Positions 29,533-40,125 are shown, counted from the first letter of the stretch. The stretch is 64,000 nt of DNA from Spirochaetia bacterium (GCA_965203905.1 CBDBDQ010000005.1:1760001-1824000), one strand, 5' to 3'. Notes: generated by a model not told the origin, from the sequence alone. Numbers and translations are program-made.

Positions 29533-30483
29533 TCAACCCGTCATGCGGCACAGCGCCGCCGCCGGATTCTCCATTCTCTTGTCGCGTACGTCATCGATTA
29601 TCCTGGTCTGCAAAGCCGGATAGATGCCCACGCCGCGCGACTGTCGATCCGCTTCCTGATCAAGAAACTCGACTTCGCAGCAGGACACTATCATGCTTGC
29701 CGAAAGCAGGTCGGCACTGTCGATGAATTCGCGCAGTATCTCATAGAAGTCCATGGTCATGGCCCTTGTGTAGTAGCGCGAGCCGTCGGACTGTCTCTTC
29801 CGCGCGGTGACCCGGGCGCTGTCGAGAATCACTACCGTCCCGGGGAATCCGACCTTGGCAAACCAGTAGAACGCGGAGCGCAGCAGATGCCGTGCCGTGT
29901 TGCGGTTGATCGGGTTGTAGATCGAGAATGGCTTGACGTTCGAAATGCGCGTGTTGGCACCCGTGAGCCAGTCGATGATCGGCTGCCCAGGATAAGGCTG
30001 TTCCGCGGAACGCTCGAACAGGCACAGGTGCGACATGGCGACACGGAAATCCTTGGCCATGTTCACGTCGTAGAAGACCTGTCGCTGCAGGCGCGGATTC
30101 AAGGCGGCAAGGAGGAACTCCTTGGCTACGTTGTTGCGTTCGGCCACGGCGTGCAGCGCATCCTCGTCGGCCGCCCCCACGCCCTCCGTCAGGTAGCCTT
30201 CATCAGCAACCAGCTTGAGCAGGAAAGAACGCGCGGCCAGACGCCAGTCCACCTGCGCGGCGAGAGCGAAGAACAGATCCTGCGGCATGTGGAAACGATG
30301 CGTGGCGGCATCCGCGGTCAGCACGAGATAGTCATGACTCTCTGCCAGCGTGGTGAGAGCGGATCGCAACTCGGACCGCTGTCGGTCGTCTCCCACGACA
30401 AATTTGACTGCCGTCCCGCCACGTTTGACGAACGTAGCGAGATAATCCCGTTCGATCTGCTCCAGCCACTCCGCGAGGTGCAT
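29533..30483 (-). CDS. DUF2791 / BrxD-like protein with degenerate Walker motifs
   Basis: GGTAVKFVVG followed by DDRQRS instead of GxGK[ST]; Walker B position VVILDS; YEILREFID and YPALQTRI resemble the BrxD C-terminal region. Confidence 0.7.
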   Translation of the reverse strand: MHLAEWLEQIERDYLATFVKRGGTAVKFVVGDDRQRSELRSALTTLAESHDYLVLTADAATHRFHMPQDLFFALAAQVDWRLAARSFLLKLVADEGYLTEGVGAADEDALHAVAERNNVAKEFLLAALNPRLQRQVFYDVNMAKDFRVAMSHLCLFERSAEQPYPGQPIIDWLTGANTRISNVKPFSIYNPINRNTARHLLRSAFYWFAKVGFPGTVVILDSARVTARKRQSDGSRYYTRAMTMDFYEILREFIDSADLLSASMIVSCCEVEFLDQEADRQSRGVGIYPALQTRIIDDVRDKRMENPAAALCRMTG

Positions 30484-30487
30484 CGGT

Positions 30488-31276
30488 CTACTCGGTGAAT
30501 TGAACCCCGTAGTAGCGGATCAGGTTGCCATTGCGATCCACAAACGAGAAGATTCCGGTACTCCCTCTCACGGAACCGGTAAAGCTGACCCGTGCTCCTG
30601 ACTTCGTGGTCGTCACCGGCGAAGAATCCAGAAGGTAGATATCACGCGCGAAATCGGTCTTCGTATACTGCGCGCTGGTCCCCGGCAGCGAGGTGAACAC
30701 GGCGTAGATCTCGGCCAGCGGAACCACCCGAGTGACGTCCGACAGGGGATCGGAAGTCTTGCCTTCGATGACTCTGAATGCCTTGTAGAGCGCGTTCAGG
30801 AAGCGCTGTTGTTGGGCGGCGCTCTTCGGCCGCATCCGCTGCTGAATGGCACGCAGATCAGCCGCGAGCTTCGAGGGACGAACGGCCACACGCTTCTTGC
30901 CGTCGATTTTCAGCGCGCGATCTGCAGGGAACAGTCGAATAATCGACGGCGAACATACGAGTGCATCGTCGCGGCTGCTGACATTAAGCCCGACTGCCGC
31001 TGCCTCACCACGCAATTCGTCTGCATACCGCTCGCTCAGGTAGGCCGTCTCGTCGGACTCTGCGAATGGCCAACTCCCCTTGGCATCGGTCACCTTTTCG
31101 CCCGTTGTTCCCAGTGTGGCGACGAGCTGCTCACCCTCACGCCGAATCTTGCCGATGTCTCCCTCCTGAGCTGCTCTCCGCAACTTTCGTGCGGTCGCGG
31201 CCAACACCTTGGCGGCGGCCTCCGCTGCTTCGGCAGCCGCTTCGACCGCGGCGAAGGCCTGTTCGAAGGTCGGCAT
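30488..31276 (-). CDS. Hypothetical protein with Ala-rich helical N-terminus, first gene of the ATPase cassette
   Basis: 262-aa ORF with natural composition; starts 1 bp after the cytochrome stop and ends 4 bp before the next gene. Confidence 0.75.
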   Translation of the reverse strand: MPTFEQAFAAVEAAAEAAEAAAKVLAATARKLRRAAQEGDIGKIRREGEQLVATLGTTGEKVTDAKGSWPFAESDETAYLSERYADELRGEAAAVGLNVSSRDDALVCSPSIIRLFPADRALKIDGKKRVAVRPSKLAADLRAIQQRMRPKSAAQQQRFLNALYKAFRVIEGKTSDPLSDVTRVVPLAEIYAVFTSLPGTSAQYTKTDFARDIYLLDSSPVTTTKSGARVSFTGSVRGSTGIFSFVDRNGNLIRYYGVQFTE

Positions 31277-31277
31277 A

Positions 31278-34196
31278 TCAGGGTGACCCCAGGGTGAGCA
31301 GGTAGTCGCGCAGGACCTCCAACTGGTGGCCGGTGTCGCCGCCCAGCACGTCGGGGGCGCCGAGCGGGTAGAACGCCGGCATGCGGGTGCCGGGCATCAG
31401 CGACTGCGGGTCGGCCAGCCAGTCGATGATCCAGTCGGGGCGCAGCCGCTGTGCGGCCAGCGCGAAGTCGGGCGCCCAGCGGTCCGGGGTGCCCGGCGGG
31501 AACTGGTCGCCCTGGATGTGACAGGTGGTGCAGTTGAAGTAGTCGGGCGAGAACATGGTCAGCGCCGCGGTCAGCTCCTCCGGCGCCAGGTCCGGCTGCA
31601 CCTGCTCCGCGAACGGATAGGCGGCGGCGTCGAGCGCGGTGAAGTAAGCGGTCAGCGCGTTGCGGTGCTCGGCGCTCATCCCGTAGCTGGGCATGCGCAT
31701 GCGCAGCCAGGGCCGGATCGTGGACGGCTCGTGGAAGAACGCGAACAGCCAGTCGGTCTGAACCTTGCGCCCCTCGCCCAGCAGGTTGGGCGGCGAGAAG
31801 CTGGCCGCCAGGGTGTCGGCGTCGGCACTGGAGCGCCCCTCGAACCGTTCCAGCCAGCTCGCCACCTGTTCCACTACCGCGCCGCCCTCGCCCTCGATGA
31901 CGTGGCAGCCCTGGCAGTTCATCTGCCGCACCAGGCGCTGCCCGGTCTCGAGACGCAGGTTGCGCGGCGTGCGCGGCACGATCCTGGTGACCTGCGGATC
32001 GACGTCCACGAACCCCGACAGTGCCGTGACCATGGCCTCCACCTGCTGGTCGGTGAAGCGGAAGTTGGGCATCCGGCTCTGCTGCAGCGGCTCCAGGTCG
32101 CGGTGCAGGTCGAACACCCGCGGATCGGTCAGCTTGGCGGTCCACCAGGCGGTGCGGCTGTGCTCGATATGGAGGAAGCCGAAGTCGAACTGGTGCAGGG
32201 CCTTGCGGCCGATGTTGGTAAGCGCGGTGCCGATCGGTTGCGCGTCCTCGAAGCCGGCGATGTCGTGACAGGCGAAGCAGCCGTACTGGGAGATCAGCCG
32301 CTCGCCCGCGTACTCCAGCTTCTGGGCACGGTTCATGCCGGAAAGCTGATCCTGGGCCGTGATCATCGGCGCGGTGTTGGACAGGTAGTCGAGCGCGATG
32401 CGGTCGACGATCTCCTCGTCCACCGCCGGGACCGCCCGCCCTGCGAATGCGGCGTCGGTGGAGCCCATCAGGTAGGCGGTGATGTCGGCGGCTTCCTGAT
32501 CGGTGAGCCGCAGGCTGGGCATGCGCGTGTCGGGATGGTAGCTGGCCGGATCCTTGAGCCAGTTGTAGACCCATTGCGCCGAGGTCTTGCTGCCCAGGCC
32601 CTGGAAGTTGGGACCGAACTGGCGCCGCAGATCCTGCTGGCTGGTGACCGTGCGCTCGGTGGCGCCCACGGTCTCCTCCGGAGCCTGGTGGCACGCCATG
32701 CAGCCCACGGACGCCACCAGCTCCTCGCCCCGCACCGGATCGCCCCTTACCGGGATCGGCTCCATGTCGTAGGCCGTGCTGTTGGCGAACAGGTAGCTGA
32801 CGATGGCGATCACTTCCTGGTCGGTGCGCGCCACCGCCTCGGGACCGCTGTTGTTGCTCTGGCCGAAATAGGCAGGCATCCAGGTCTGCGCCCGGAACCC
32901 GGCGGGATCCTTGATCCACTGGAACGCGAACTCCGGAGACAGCTTGTCGGCCACGTTGCGCAGGCTCGGCCCACGCTTGGGAGCCCCGGCGAAGCTGGCG
33001 ATCTCGTGACACGAGTAGCAGCCCGCCTGCTCGACCAAGTCCAGCCCGTAGCTGAGCTTGGCGGCGCCGCGGATCTGGGTCTGGCCGCTGTGGCACTGGA
33101 AGCAGCCGGCCTCCGCGTAGCGCAGCGGATGCATCGGCTCCTCCCACAGGTGGTACTCTTTCCAGCCGAGGCGCTCCTCCCAGTCGTGGAGCTGCTCCTC
33201 GGAATCGGGGATGTGCACCGTGCCGACGAAATCGGTGGCGCGGCCGCGGCCGCCGTGGCAGCTGGTGCAGCCGAATTCCTCCAGCGGATGCGGCGAGTCG
33301 CTGGCCACGAACAGGGCCAGCCGCGGATGCGCCCCGTGCGGGTTCTCCACCCCTTCCAGGTCGGCGCGCTCCACGCCCTGGTGACAGGTGACGCAGCGGT
33401 CTACCCGTGGCACCTGGGCGAAGTTGAGGTTCTCCCTGATGTCGGCCAGCACCACCTGCTCGACCTTCAGCGAGGGCTGCGACAGGTCCAGGATCGGCAG
33501 GTCACGGATCACGTTGGCGATCTTCACTCCGACCGGCGAAAACTCCGGGTCCATCCGCACCAGCCGCCGCATCAGCAGGTCGGCGTCGCGCGACTCCTGG
33601 TCGCGGGCGCGGGTGGCGTCGCGGACGTCGTCCTCGAATCCCTGCAGCGCCGCGGTGGCCTGGTCCAGGGCCAGCTGCGCTTCTTCCTGGGCCACCGAGG
33701 CGCCGGCGAACTCACTCTGCCAGCGGTCGAGCTGGCCTGAGGTGCGTTCGCGCCGCAGCCCCAGACCCTCGGTGCCGGCAGCCGCCTGCTCGTCGCGGTA
33801 GCGGGCCCGCTCCATCTGTGCCTTCACGTTCTGGAAGCGGGAGTTGACGATGTCGAAGCGCGCCTTGAGCCGGTCCACCTCGCGCTCGGCGGCGCGCACC
33901 TCGTCCTGCCGCGCCTGCAGCGACTCCTCGGCGGCGGCCACCTGCTCGCGCGCCCGTGCCAAGTCGGCGCTGTTCTCCATCTGCACGGCCATCTCGTCGT
34001 ACGCGCCGCGCGTGACGTCACGGTCGATGCGCCGGAACTCGCGTTGCCAGCGCTTCCACTCACGCCCGTAGTCCTGGGCGAACGAGGCGATGATCGTGAC
34101 CAGGAGGACGATGCTGCCGATCGCGAACCACTTGTTGAGGGTGCCGATCTTGTAGTGCCGCTCTTCCGGCTGCGGTGCTTGAGGACGGACTGCCAT
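31278..34196 (-). CDS. Membrane-anchored octaheme c-type cytochrome of a Rieske/cytochrome b complex
   Basis: Eight CxxCH motifs (CVTCH, CTSCH, CFQCH, CYSCH, CMACH, CFACH, CQGCH, CTTCH); N-terminal TM helix followed by a long coiled coil. Confidence 0.9.
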   Translation of the reverse strand: MAVRPQAPQPEERHYKIGTLNKWFAIGSIVLLVTIIASFAQDYGREWKRWQREFRRIDRDVTRGAYDEMAVQMENSADLARAREQVAAAEESLQARQDEVRAAEREVDRLKARFDIVNSRFQNVKAQMERARYRDEQAAAGTEGLGLRRERTSGQLDRWQSEFAGASVAQEEAQLALDQATAALQGFEDDVRDATRARDQESRDADLLMRRLVRMDPEFSPVGVKIANVIRDLPILDLSQPSLKVEQVVLADIRENLNFAQVPRVDRCVTCHQGVERADLEGVENPHGAHPRLALFVASDSPHPLEEFGCTSCHGGRGRATDFVGTVHIPDSEEQLHDWEERLGWKEYHLWEEPMHPLRYAEAGCFQCHSGQTQIRGAAKLSYGLDLVEQAGCYSCHEIASFAGAPKRGPSLRNVADKLSPEFAFQWIKDPAGFRAQTWMPAYFGQSNNSGPEAVARTDQEVIAIVSYLFANSTAYDMEPIPVRGDPVRGEELVASVGCMACHQAPEETVGATERTVTSQQDLRRQFGPNFQGLGSKTSAQWVYNWLKDPASYHPDTRMPSLRLTDQEAADITAYLMGSTDAAFAGRAVPAVDEEIVDRIALDYLSNTAPMITAQDQLSGMNRAQKLEYAGERLISQYGCFACHDIAGFEDAQPIGTALTNIGRKALHQFDFGFLHIEHSRTAWWTAKLTDPRVFDLHRDLEPLQQSRMPNFRFTDQQVEAMVTALSGFVDVDPQVTRIVPRTPRNLRLETGQRLVRQMNCQGCHVIEGEGGAVVEQVASWLERFEGRSSADADTLAASFSPPNLLGEGRKVQTDWLFAFFHEPSTIRPWLRMRMPSYGMSAEHRNALTAYFTALDAAAYPFAEQVQPDLAPEELTAALTMFSPDYFNCTTCHIQGDQFPPGTPDRWAPDFALAAQRLRPDWIIDWLADPQSLMPGTRMPAFYPLGAPDVLGGDTGHQLEVLRDYLLTLGSP

Positions 34197-35303
34197 TTAT
34201 ACGTTCAAGAAGAATTCCGGGATCGAGACGATGTACTTCAGGTTGAACAGCCAGCGCGTATACATCTTGATCGGCAGCGCCAATCCCATCAGCAGCAACA
34301 CGATGAAGAAGCTGTAACGCACCACGCCGAGGCGTTGGAACAGCCGCTTGAAGACGGTCTGCGCCAGCAGCCCCGGGAGGATGGCGAAGTACCCCAGAAT
34401 CAACAGTATCCCGAACAGCTCGCGTACCAGGATGTTCTCCGGCAGCCCGGAACGCAGCAGGAAGATGTAGACGTATTCCGAGAGGTTGACGTTGTTCAGC
34501 ACCTCCCGCTTGTTCGGGTCCCAGAATTCGAATGGTCCATAGAAATTCCAGTTGGGCCCGCGAAAGAAGGTGCCCACCAGGATCAGGAAGATCCACATCA
34601 CCACGAAGCCGAACAGGAAGATGCTGATCGACTTCATGCGCGGCTTGTAGCTGTAGAAGCCCTGGCCGCCGGGGTTGATGTCCATGTAGGGGATGGCGAC
34701 CAGGCCGACGATGATCAGCGTCGGCAGCACCACGCCTGCCAGCCACGGGTCGTAGTAGACCAGCATCTCCTGCAGGCCGAGGAAATACCACGGCGCCTTG
34801 GACGGGTTGGGCGAGACCGTGGGGTTGGCCGGCTCCTCCAGCGGCGCCTTGAGGAACAGCGACCAGACGATCATCAGCGCCATCGACAGGATCAGGGAGA
34901 TGAACTCCACGTATACCAGGTCGGGCCACACCAGCACCTTCTCGTTGTCCAGCGCCTCCTGCGGCGGCTCGCCCTTCTCGGCGCGCAGGTCGTTCTCACG
35001 CGCCTGCTTCATCGAGTACCAGAGGAAGAACGGCACCAGGAACAACAGCGCCGTGATCGGGATGTTGTCCGGCTTGAACACGATGAGGCGAAAGTTGGCG
35101 TCGGTGATGCCCCACAGGAAGAAGATCGCCAGCAATGCGAAGAACACGATGCCGCCGGCCGGGGTCCACAGCAGGTCCAGCTTCAGGCGCCGGTTGAGCT
35201 GGTACAGCCTGCCGCCGGGCGGAAAGATGAAGAAGAACCCGACGATGAAGATCGAGAACAGGATGGCCGGGTTGGAGACCCAGTTGAAGAATTGCTTGAG
35301 CAT
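34197..35303 (-). CDS. Cytochrome b6-type subunit IV (PetD/QcrC-like), extended
   Basis: VWPDLVYVE, PLEEPANP..PNPSKAPWYFLGLQ (PEWY-equivalent); extra TM helices at both ends. Confidence 0.85.
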   Translation of the reverse strand: MLKQFFNWVSNPAILFSIFIVGFFFIFPPGGRLYQLNRRLKLDLLWTPAGGIVFFALLAIFFLWGITDANFRLIVFKPDNIPITALLFLVPFFLWYSMKQARENDLRAEKGEPPQEALDNEKVLVWPDLVYVEFISLILSMALMIVWSLFLKAPLEEPANPTVSPNPSKAPWYFLGLQEMLVYYDPWLAGVVLPTLIIVGLVAIPYMDINPGGQGFYSYKPRMKSISIFLFGFVVMWIFLILVGTFFRGPNWNFYGPFEFWDPNKREVLNNVNLSEYVYIFLLRSGLPENILVRELFGILLILGYFAILPGLLAQTVFKRLFQRLGVVRYSFFIVLLLMGLALPIKMYTRWLFNLKYIVSIPEFFLNV

Positions 35304-35312
35304 TTCTTGCCT

Positions 35313-36179
<867 letters not shown>

Positions 36180-36217
36180 GGATCGCGTTACTCCTCGTGT
36201 TCATCTTGCTGCGCTCG

Positions 36218-37111
36218 CTACACGGCCAGGAACGACTCGGGGTCGCTCCACTCGCCCTTCTCCCACTGGTACTTGCGGGTCTTGTCGACCAGGATCTGGC
36301 CGTCGTCGGCCAGTGCCACGCGGTAGCGCTCCAGTGGCCGCGGCGCCGGCCCTTCGAAGTTGATCCCGGTCTTGCGGAAACCGCTGCCGTGGCATGGACA
36401 CTTGAACTTCTGCTCCCCGGACAGCCAGTTGGGCGTGCAGCCGAGGTGGGTGCAGACGGTCGACAGGACGTAGATCTCGGTCGGGGTGCGCACGATCCAG
36501 ACGCCGAACTGATCCTTGAAGCGGGTCGACACGTCGCCCACCGTGTACTCCTCGGGAAACCCGGCACGGAAGGTTTGCGGCGGCTCGAACAGCACGTTGG
36601 GAAACAGAAAGCGCACCGTGCCGATCAGCGTGCTGGCGGTGAGCGCCCCGAACGCCAGCCAGCCCGCGGTGATCCAGGAGAGGAAACCGCGGCGCGATAC
36701 CTCGCCACCGGCGACCGCGGCGCTCGCTGCGCCGCCCCCCGCACTGCCTCCGGAGCGCGAGCTCACGGCGGCCGTAGAGCGCGCCCCGGCCGCACCGGCG
36801 CGTGCCGCGCGGGCACCTGCCGCGGCCCGCGCTGCCGGCCGTCCCGCTGCGCCACCCGCCCGCGGGCTGGCGCCCGCGGCAGCCGCACGGCGCGCTGCGG
36901 CGGCTGCCTTGGACGGCCGCGCCTCGTCGGCAGGCTTGGGCGCGGCGCTCTTGGCGTCAGCGTCCTGTGGCGCGGCGCCCTTCGAGGCAGCATCCTTGGG
37001 CGCTTCCGCTGCGTCGCCGGAGCCGCCCGTGGTACCTGGCTCCTGGGGTTTGGGCGCCCGGGGTTTGGGCGCCTGGGGGCCGGTGCCGGCTTTCGCGTCT
37101 TCTTGGCTCAT
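36218..37111 (-). CDS. petC: Rieske iron-sulfur subunit with long Ala/Pro-rich N-terminus
   Basis: Tat motif SRRGFL plus TM helix, CTHLGC, CPCHGS, GPAPRPL. Confidence 0.92.
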   Translation of the reverse strand: MSQEDAKAGTGPQAPKPRAPKPQEPGTTGGSGDAAEAPKDAASKGAAPQDADAKSAAPKPADEARPSKAAAAARRAAAAGASPRAGGAAGRPAARAAAGARAARAGAAGARSTAAVSSRSGGSAGGGAASAAVAGGEVSRRGFLSWITAGWLAFGALTASTLIGTVRFLFPNVLFEPPQTFRAGFPEEYTVGDVSTRFKDQFGVWIVRTPTEIYVLSTVCTHLGCTPNWLSGEQKFKCPCHGSGFRKTGINFEGPAPRPLERYRVALADDGQILVDKTRKYQWEKGEWSDPESFLAV

Positions 37112-37171
37112 CTCGGTCTACTCGTTCTCGGGTTCTCGCGCGCCGGGGATTCCGGGCTCGGTAGGGTACCG

Positions 37172-38137
37172 TCAGCGCTTACCATAATTATTTACCGCTT
37201 GCTGTGCAATTCGTCTCACGCTCAAACTTACATCATCGCGCGCCAGCGTGGCGATGCGATCCTGCAACTCCCGGTCGGCGAACGGTGCGGCCGCCTCGAC
37301 CACCGTGGCCATCAGCAGATTCTGGTCCCGGTCGTCCACGTTGGGGAACTGCTGCAGATGCTCGCGGTCGAGCAGTTGCAGCAGGATCGTCTTGCCGCTC
37401 AGGTCTCCCAGCCGCGCCAGCGCCAGGGCGGCGTCCCAGGTCACCGCCGGCTCGGGGTCGTGCAGGGCGCGCTGCAGCGCCGCCGCCGCCGCCGGGTTCC
37501 CGGCCAGCCCCAGGGCGGTCGCCGCCCCGGAACGCACGCGCCCCGATTCGTCGTTCAGGTAGGGCAGCACCTCCGGGACTACCTCCGGGTCGCCGAACAT
37601 GCCCAGCGCCACCAGCAGCATGAAGCGCGTGCCCTCGGATTCCTGTGCGATTGCAGCGCTGATCGGCTCGATGAAGGCCTCGTTGCCGGCCCGCGCCATG
37701 GCCAGCGCCAGGTACTGGCGCACTCGCGGGTCGTCGTGCTCGGAGGCCTCGAAGACCCCCAGCATCTCCGCCGCGAAGCGCTGCTCGCCAGGCACGCGCT
37801 CGGGGTCGGACAGGATCTTGGACAGCTCGAACGCCGCCTGCCAGCGCTTGGTGGCCCCGCCGACCTTCACGTCGGCGATGTAGTCGTAGACCGTGTGCGG
37901 CTCGTTGGTCAGGATGCGCCAGGTCACCACCAGCAGCCCGGCGAACACCGCGATCAGAAACGGGATGATGAAGAAGGAGTGGATGATGACGCTGATGAAC
38001 GAGCGCTGCTGCGGCTGTTGGGCCGCGGCCTCCGCGGTGGTGCCGTTGGCGCCGTGAGTGGCGTCGGGCGGCTCCGGCGTGCCGTTGGCGCCGGGTTCGG
38101 GCAAGGAGACTTCGGGCCGCTGATCGGCGGGATCCAT
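37172..38137 (-). CDS. Membrane-anchored HEAT-repeat protein
   Basis: TM helix then repeats such as DPRVRQYLALAMA, GRVRSGAATALG, PAVTWDAALALA; upstream of the Rieske gene. Confidence 0.8.
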   Translation of the reverse strand: MDPADQRPEVSLPEPGANGTPEPPDATHGANGTTAEAAAQQPQQRSFISVIIHSFFIIPFLIAVFAGLLVVTWRILTNEPHTVYDYIADVKVGGATKRWQAAFELSKILSDPERVPGEQRFAAEMLGVFEASEHDDPRVRQYLALAMARAGNEAFIEPISAAIAQESEGTRFMLLVALGMFGDPEVVPEVLPYLNDESGRVRSGAATALGLAGNPAAAAALQRALHDPEPAVTWDAALALARLGDLSGKTILLQLLDREHLQQFPNVDDRDQNLLMATVVEAAAPFADRELQDRIATLARDDVSLSVRRIAQQAVNNYGKR

Positions 38138-38249
38138 CGCCGGCAGTCTACGGAGATGGCACGCCGTCTTCAACCGCCCGCGCCCGGCGTCGCGCAAGCC
38201 GGATCCGCGCTGCTGGCAGCGGACGGCCGCGCCGCGTTACCGTTGCCCG

Positions 38250-38678
38250 ATGCCTCGATTCCGGTTGATCCCCGAAGTGTACCTGCTGCTGCTGGACCGC
38301 GATCGGATCCTGCTGCTGCGGCGCTACCGCACCGGCTACGAGGACGGCAACTACGGCCTGGTCGCGGGCCACGTCGACGGCAACGAGCCCGCCTCGGCGG
38401 CGCTGGTGAGGGAGGCGGCGGAGGAGGCCGGCGTCACCGTCGCCCCGGCCGCACTCGAACTCTGCCACGTGATGCACCGGCGCTCGGACCGGGAGAGCGT
38501 CGGCTTCTTCTTCCGCTGTCGCACGTGGTCGGGAGAGCCGTACAATCGCGAGCCGCACAAGTGTGACGACCTGCGCTGGTTTCCCACCGCCGCCCTGCCC
38601 GGCAACACGATCCCCTACGTGCGCCAGGCGATAGCGCTGGGCCTCGCCGGGCGGCCCTACTCGGAGTTTGGCTGGTAG
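38250..38678 (+). CDS. NUDIX hydrolase
   Basis: Nudix box GHVDGNEPASAALVREAAEEAG; NREPHKC. Confidence 0.9.
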   Translation: MPRFRLIPEVYLLLLDRDRILLLRRYRTGYEDGNYGLVAGHVDGNEPASAALVREAAEEAGVTVAPAALELCHVMHRRSDRESVGFFFRCRTWSGEPYNREPHKCDDLRWFPTAALPGNTIPYVRQAIALGLAGRPYSEFGW

Positions 38679-38711
38679 GAGGCGCCGGCGCGGCGCTTGC
38701 GGGCCGGGCCG

Positions 38712-39686
38712 TCACCGGCCGTAGCGGTCGGCGAGCTCGGTAAGCAGCGCGGCGGTGCACTCGCCCAGTGCCTCCAGGCTGTAGCCGCCCTCCAGCACGA
38801 ACAGGTGGGGGATGTGCAGCCGGTCCAGCTCATCCAGCAACAACCGGTACAGCGTCGTGAAGCCGGCGGTGGAGACGCGCATCATTCCCAGCGGATCGCG
38901 CCGGTGGGCGTCGAAGCCGGCGGAGACGATCACCAGCTGCGGGGCGAACGCACGCAACGCCGGCAGCACCTGGCATTCGGTGGCGGCGAGGTACTCGTCA
39001 TCGCCCGACCCGGCGGGCAGCGGCAGGTTGAGCGTGTAGCCGGCTCCCGGTCCCGACCCGCGCTCGCCGGCGGCGCCGGTGCCGGGGTAGAACGGGTACT
39101 GGTGGATGGAGACGTAATAGACCGCCGCCGAGCGGTAGAACAGGTGCTGGGTGCCGTTGCCGTGATGCACGTCCGGGTCGAACACCAGCACCCGCTGCAG
39201 CGGTCCCGCCAGCGCCGCCGCGGCCGCCACGGCGACGTTGTTGAACAGGCAGAACCCCATCGCGTGGTCGCGCTCCGCGTGGTGCCCCGGCGGGCGCACC
39301 GCGCACAGCGCCGAGCGCGCGGTTCCGGCCAGCACCGCGGCGCTGGCGTCGAGCGCGGCGCCGGCGGCGTGCAGCGCCGCCACCACGCTGCCGGGGCCGA
39401 CCACCGTGTCGGCGTCCAGCCGCCGCCGGCGGCCGCGCAGGCCCAGGATCATCTCCACGTAGGAGGCCGCGTGCACCCGTTCCAGGGCCGCGCGCGGGGC
39501 GGGCCGCGGCGCGCACACCTGCAGCCGCGCGCCCAGGCCGGCGGCGTCGACGGCGGCCGAGATCGCCGCCAGCCGCTCGGGGCGCTCGCGGTGCCCGAGC
39601 CCGGGATCGTGCCCGGCGCAGGCCGCATGGGTGTACAGCCTCACGCGCCCGCCGCGCTCCGCCTCCGTCATCTCCGGCGCAACCAT
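38712..39686 (-). CDS. Histone deacetylase-family amidohydrolase
   Basis: RPPGHHA, GFCLFNN, DPDVHHGNGTQ, SAGFDAH..DPLG, LEGGY. Confidence 0.92.
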   Translation of the reverse strand: MVAPEMTEAERGGRVRLYTHAACAGHDPGLGHRERPERLAAISAAVDAAGLGARLQVCAPRPAPRAALERVHAASYVEMILGLRGRRRRLDADTVVGPGSVVAALHAAGAALDASAAVLAGTARSALCAVRPPGHHAERDHAMGFCLFNNVAVAAAAALAGPLQRVLVFDPDVHHGNGTQHLFYRSAAVYYVSIHQYPFYPGTGAAGERGSGPGAGYTLNLPLPAGSGDDEYLAATECQVLPALRAFAPQLVIVSAGFDAHRRDPLGMMRVSTAGFTTLYRLLLDELDRLHIPHLFVLEGGYSLEALGECTAALLTELADRYGR

Positions 39687-39832
39687 GCACCACCTCCGTC
39701 GGCGCCACAAGCGCCCCGAAACCCGCCGCCTCGCGGCGTCGCTTCGGCCCAGACCCGCCTTACGTACGGAGTCCTGTCGGACCTGCCGCTGGCGCCCGTC
39801 CGACAGACTCCGAGAACATGCTAATCTCGCGC

Positions 39833-39860
39833 TTGACAAACGGCCGCCGATGAGTAGCTT
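39833..39860 (+). promoter_or_regulatory. Sigma70-type promoter for the ferredoxin cluster
   Basis: Perfect TTGACA at 39833, 16-bp spacer, TAGCTT at 39855; ATG 39871 lies 10 bp downstream with no clear SD. Confidence 0.55.
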
Positions 39861-39870
39861 TAGGGCACCC

Positions 39871-40125
39871 ATGGCCTATATCATCGCTGAGCCCTGCATC
39901 GGTACCTGCGACACCTCCTGCGTCGAGGTGTGCCCGGTGGACTGCATCCATCCGGCGGAGGGGTATGACGATCCGGCAGACAAGCAGCTCTACATCGACC
40001 CCGACGAGTGCATCGACTGCGCCGCGTGCGTCCCGGAGTGTCCGGTGGACGCCATCTTCGAGGAGAGCGAACTCCCCGACAAGTGGGCGCACTTCATCGA
40101 GATCAACGCCAACTACTTCAAGTAG
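39871..40125 (+). CDS. Dicluster ferredoxin (FdxA/YfhL-like)
   Basis: CIGTCDTSCVEVCPVDCI and CIDCAACVPECPVDAI. Confidence 0.92.
   Translation: MAYIIAEPCIGTCDTSCVEVCPVDCIHPAEGYDDPADKQLYIDPDECIDCAACVPECPVDAIFEESELPDKWAHFIEINANYFK

Noticed and set aside
28269-31276. Complete BREX type 2 or Shango system
   Set aside because: No PglW/X/Y/Z, TerB-domain or helicase gene is adjacent.
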